Assembly (NCBI GenBank): GCA_001787405.1
Contig: MFWV01000007.1
Location: forward strand, 15,694-79,693
DNA from: Candidatus Pacebacteria bacterium RIFOXYA1_FULL_38_18
GTDB lineage: Bacteria > Patescibacteriota > Microgenomatia > UBA1400 > PJMF01
Reading direction: 5' to 3'
Length of the DNA: 64,000 bases
The notes below the pieces were generated by a model. That model had not been told where the DNA came from. It did not search any database and saw nothing but the letters and a program-made list of their open reading frames with translations. Below are positions 60,604 through 64,000 of this stretch, in pieces. Within the stretch, counting starts at the first letter, position 1, and each line of letters opens with the position of its first letter. A program made the position numbers and the translations under genes.

Positions 60604-61641
60604 TCAATTAAAACCAATTTTTTTCTTAAGACGTAATAACTTCCAGCGCAAATTATCTATCCAACGGAAGATGGGATACAAAATAGGATCCAAAACCAAA
60701 TCATAGGTACCAACAAATTCCATCAATTTTCCACCGTAACCCTCTTTAAAGCGATGAAAACCATACCAAGGATTTTTCTTGTCTGGTTCTGGTCCAAGTG
60801 AGCCCCACATATCAAATTTTTTACAACCCTGAAGTTTCCCAAAACGAATGACTTCCCACATCATGAGATTGCTGGCCATTACCTCTCGATATTCACGAGT
60901 TGAAGCTCCGTAAGGGTAATATAAAACATCATTAAAAATAAAAACTATCCAAGAAACTAAAACTTTTTGTTGATAAACGGCATTGAAGATTCTCATAGTG
61001 CCAGTAGTGCTCAATTGATCCCACATTTTTTGAAAATAATCTGGTTTATGAGCATAAAAACCTTGTCTAGAAGTAGTTTTTCCCAAAATTTTTAAATAAA
61101 TGTCCAAACCTTCCTGAGAACTATTTTCAAAAATCTGCACTCCTTTTTTCTGAGCCAACTTGGTGTTATAGCGAGTTTTACTATTCAAGCCAGCAAATAA
61201 AGTTTCTTCATCGGGAGTTAAATCCAGCTCGAAAGTATATCTAGTAAACAATGGTTTGCCTGGTTGGCAACCATGATCGAGTAAAAATTGATGTAATTTC
61301 TGGTGAGTGGCTTGAGCGGTTTGCACTGGAGAAGCGACGTTGGGCTCTAGTTTGATAAACAATGAATTGTGTTGTTTGCCCAGTGTTTTCAGAGCAGCCA
61401 ATTGGTCTTCATCTGGAATGAAGCCTTTTGGCAAATAACCAGCGGTTTTTCCCATGAGAGGAATAGGATGAAAAGTAATTTGCAAGCCTTTACTCAAAGT
61501 ACCATTTTCATAAAAACCCAATCGTTCTACCGCTACTCCTGTTTTTTTGCGAAACTCTCCCCAACCCCAAGATTGTAAGGGGTGATCAATTATTTGATTG
61601 AAAAGTGTTTGCTCTTCGTCTTTAACCGATCGAATTAACAT
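60604..61641 (-). CDS. FemABX/MurM-family peptidoglycan bridge aminoacyl transferase
   Basis: HPLQSWGWGEF, FIKLEP, KTRYN, YPYGAS, FDMWG, GFHRFKEGYGG. Confidence 0.9.
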   Translation of the reverse strand: MLIRSVKDEEQTLFNQIIDHPLQSWGWGEFRKKTGVAVERLGFYENGTLSKGLQITFHPIPLMGKTAGYLPKGFIPDEDQLAALKTLGKQHNSLFIKLEPNVASPVQTAQATHQKLHQFLLDHGCQPGKPLFTRYTFELDLTPDEETLFAGLNSKTRYNTKLAQKKGVQIFENSSQEGLDIYLKILGKTTSRQGFYAHKPDYFQKMWDQLSTTGTMRIFNAVYQQKVLVSWIVFIFNDVLYYPYGASTREYREVMASNLMMWEVIRFGKLQGCKKFDMWGSLGPEPDKKNPWYGFHRFKEGYGGKLMEFVGTYDLVLDPILYPIFRWIDNLRWKLLRLKKKIGFN

Positions 61642-61692
61642 AGATTGATCAATTATAAGAGTTTTTACAGAGCTTGTCAGGGAGGGGAATTT

Positions 61693-63630
61693 TTAAGATT
61701 TCAAAAAATCGTGGGCGGTAAGCTCTCCATCCAAAAGAGCATCCAGTGCGTCGTCATTAATAATTTTTCTCACTGATTTGGCGGCCGTTGGTTGGTCAGT
61801 AGTTATCATCGGTTCAGAAAAACCAATTTCTTGGACTAAGTCTTTACCAATTTCAGATAAAAAACGGCTTCGAGTGCTATGAGTGATTCTCCCAAAACTC
61901 CAACGTTTTTTAGCGTAAGTAATGATTAGCCTACGTTTGGCTCTGGTAATTCCTACGTAACACAGACGCCTTTCTTCTTCCATTTGTTCTTTTTCCCATA
62001 ATGATCTTTGATGAGGAAGCAAGCCTTCTTCTGCGCCAACAATAAAAACCATGGGAAATTCCAAGCCCTTGGCGGAATGCAGACTCATTAAGGTTACGAT
62101 TTTGGTTTGGTCTTTTATCGAATTGGTTGAATTTGTTGGTTGAGTAGCTAGATCGTGTAAGTATCCATCTTGAACGAGAGTTACATTTTCCAAAAATTGG
62201 TTTAGAGAAGTAAACTTGGCAGCTGTATTTAACAATTCTTGAATGTTTTCTACCCGCGCCAAATCTTGAGGATCATTTTCATTGAGTGTTTTGAGATATT
62301 CAGTGGTTTTGAGAATTTCCTCCAATAATTCCAGTGGCGAGAGAGCAGTAACTTTATTTTTATTTTTTTCTAACCACTTAAGATATTTATTCAGTCTTCG
62401 TTTGCCATTTTTTTCGGCTCTCTCTTTACTGACAGTGTCAGCATGATTGATGCCAAAACGTAAATAGGCCAATAAATCCTTGATCTCTTTACGCTCATAA
62501 AACTTAACTCCGCCAATGATTTGATAAGGAATTCCTCGCCTGACAAAAACTTCTTCAAAAGGACGAGATTGAGCGTTGGTGCGATATAAAATGACTATTT
62601 CGTGAGGAGAAAATTCTGTTTCTGCCTGAATGAGTTGGGCTACTTTTTCTGCTTCAATTTCCTCATCATTGGTTTCGATGATTTGAATTTTTTCCCGATC
62701 ATGGTTGTCAGTCCAAAGAGATAAGACGGGATGGGAGGTATTTTGTGAAATTACTCTAGTAGCAGCATCCAGAATAGTTTGTGTAGAGCGATAATTTTTT
62801 TCCAAACGATACTCTTTAATTTCAGTGAAATCCTGATTGAGACGCAACAAATTGCGATAATCTGCTCCGCGCCACGCATAAATACTTTGTGAAAAATCTC
62901 CCACAACATACAAATTATTTTGTGGCTGAGCCAAAAACTTGGTTAAAAAATATTGTGCTTTATTTGTGTCTTGATATTCGTCAACCAAAACATGTTTGAT
63001 CTGTTGTTGATAATAATCCAATACTTCTTTTTTTTGACGAAACAACCTCACTGTTTCCAGTAGCAAATCATCAAAATCCAAGGCCTCTTGTTTTTTGAGG
63101 GCTTGTTGGTAGAGCCGATAAACTTTACCAGCAAATTCTTGAGTAGCATCATGGGCTAGTCCTTGATATTCTTCTGGACTGAGCATCTCATTTTTTGCTT
63201 GGGAAATGAGGGAATGAATGAACTGTGGTTTGTATTTTTTTTGATCAAATTGATGTTGACGATAAATTTGTTTTAACAATGCTCGCTGATCACCACTGTC
63301 ATAAATAGTAAAGTTTTTATCTTTGCCTAGGTGATGAATGTGTTGGCGTAAAATCTTGGCGCATAAACTATGGAAGGTGCCAGAAAACTTAAGTTTTTGA
63401 CCAGTCAGCTTAAGCACTCGTTTATTCATTTCTCCAGCTGCTTTATTGGTAAAGGTAACCAACAAGATCTCTTCTGCTTTGAGGTTTTTTTCTTGAATAA
63501 GAAAAGCTGCTCTGGTAGTCAGCACTCTAGTTTTACCACTTCCTGCTCCGGCCAACACTACTGCTGGTCCGCCTTCATGTAACACAGCAGCTTTTTGCTG
63601 ATCATTAAGAGAACTTAACAATTGATTCAT
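61693..63630 (-). CDS. pcrA: PcrA/UvrD superfamily I DNA helicase
   Basis: AGAGSGKT, TFTNKAA, VDEYQD, QSIYAWRGA, HSAKGLEF, EERRLCYVGITRA. Confidence 0.95.
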   Translation of the reverse strand: MNQLLSSLNDQQKAAVLHEGGPAVVLAGAGSGKTRVLTTRAAFLIQEKNLKAEEILLVTFTNKAAGEMNKRVLKLTGQKLKFSGTFHSLCAKILRQHIHHLGKDKNFTIYDSGDQRALLKQIYRQHQFDQKKYKPQFIHSLISQAKNEMLSPEEYQGLAHDATQEFAGKVYRLYQQALKKQEALDFDDLLLETVRLFRQKKEVLDYYQQQIKHVLVDEYQDTNKAQYFLTKFLAQPQNNLYVVGDFSQSIYAWRGADYRNLLRLNQDFTEIKEYRLEKNYRSTQTILDAATRVISQNTSHPVLSLWTDNHDREKIQIIETNDEEIEAEKVAQLIQAETEFSPHEIVILYRTNAQSRPFEEVFVRRGIPYQIIGGVKFYERKEIKDLLAYLRFGINHADTVSKERAEKNGKRRLNKYLKWLEKNKNKVTALSPLELLEEILKTTEYLKTLNENDPQDLARVENIQELLNTAAKFTSLNQFLENVTLVQDGYLHDLATQPTNSTNSIKDQTKIVTLMSLHSAKGLEFPMVFIVGAEEGLLPHQRSLWEKEQMEEERRLCYVGITRAKRRLIITYAKKRWSFGRITHSTRSRFLSEIGKDLVQEIGFSEPMITTDQPTAAKSVRKIINDDALDALLDGELTAHDFLKS

Positions 63631-63692
63631 AAAAATCATCTTAACATGCTCACCTACTGACCGCTGAGAAGGAAAATGATAAGATGTGAATC

Positions 63693-64000
63693 ATGAACAA
63701 ATTGATTATTGGTAATTGGAAGGCAAATAAATCATTAACGCAAGCACAAGCTTGGTTGGCAGTCGTTTCAAACTCAGTAGATAAATTGGATTTAACCAAA
63801 GTTACTCCAATATTGGCACCAGCCTTTTCTTTATTGGGCACGGTAGCTCCAGTAATAACCAAGCTTGGTTGGCGATTGGCGGTTCAAGACGTGAGTCCTT
63901 TTCCGGCAGGTTCTTATACTGGAGCTGTTTCGGTTGTAAATCTTCAAGACTTACCCATCACTTATGTTCTAGTTGGTCATTCCGAAAGACGTCAGTATTT
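63693..64000 (+). CDS. tpiA: Triosephosphate isomerase (5' part, runs off window; absent from the ORF track)
   Basis: MNKLIIGNWKANK...QDVS..PAGSYTGAVS...VLVGHSERR. Confidence 0.93.
   Translation, partial: MNKLIIGNWKANKSLTQAQAWLAVVSNSVDKLDLTKVTPILAPAFSLLGTVAPVITKLGWRLAVQDVSPFPAGSYTGAVSVVNLQDLPITYVLVGHSERRQY

Noticed and set aside
63650-63862. 70-aa minus-strand ORF in the track
   Set aside because: Antisense shadow of tpiA

Overview
64-kb chromosomal segment of a small-genome, monoderm-type bacterium using genetic code 11. The gene set and protein architectures (short EF-Ts and YebC, trigger factor without an FKBP domain, PilQ-less type IV pilus locus) point to Patescibacteria/CPR, probably a Microgenomates-like lineage; this is inference, not a database result. 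Most of it is housekeeping: glyA, nfo, folD, rpsB-tsf, xer, gyrB-ppaC-gyrA, rpmF-nusB-acp-rnc-rpsP-khpA, recG, tyrS, class A PBP, pheST, infC-rpmI-rplT, tig, gap, femABX, pcrA, partial tpiA, tRNA-Ala(GGC) and tRNA-Val(GAC). A type IV pilus system is split over three blocks. Most notable: (1) a complete Tyr-specifier T-box riboswitch controlling a 25-aa ORF, a SAM-methyltransferase-like gene, a PLP trans-sulfuration enzyme and tyrS; (2) a 1.6-kb gene-free region upstream of the Xer recombinase with a symmetric dif-like 28-mer and a cluster of CCAGGCT motifs, probably the replication terminus; (3) a 10-bp inverted-repeat-flanked segment with a backward-facing TATAAT upstream of the major pilin (candidate switch or structured RNA); (4) an ACP homologue lacking the phosphopantetheine serine, a Cys-free bL32, and an orphan RHH gene with a concentric four-half-site operator. 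No CRISPR array, rRNA, IS element or prophage was seen.
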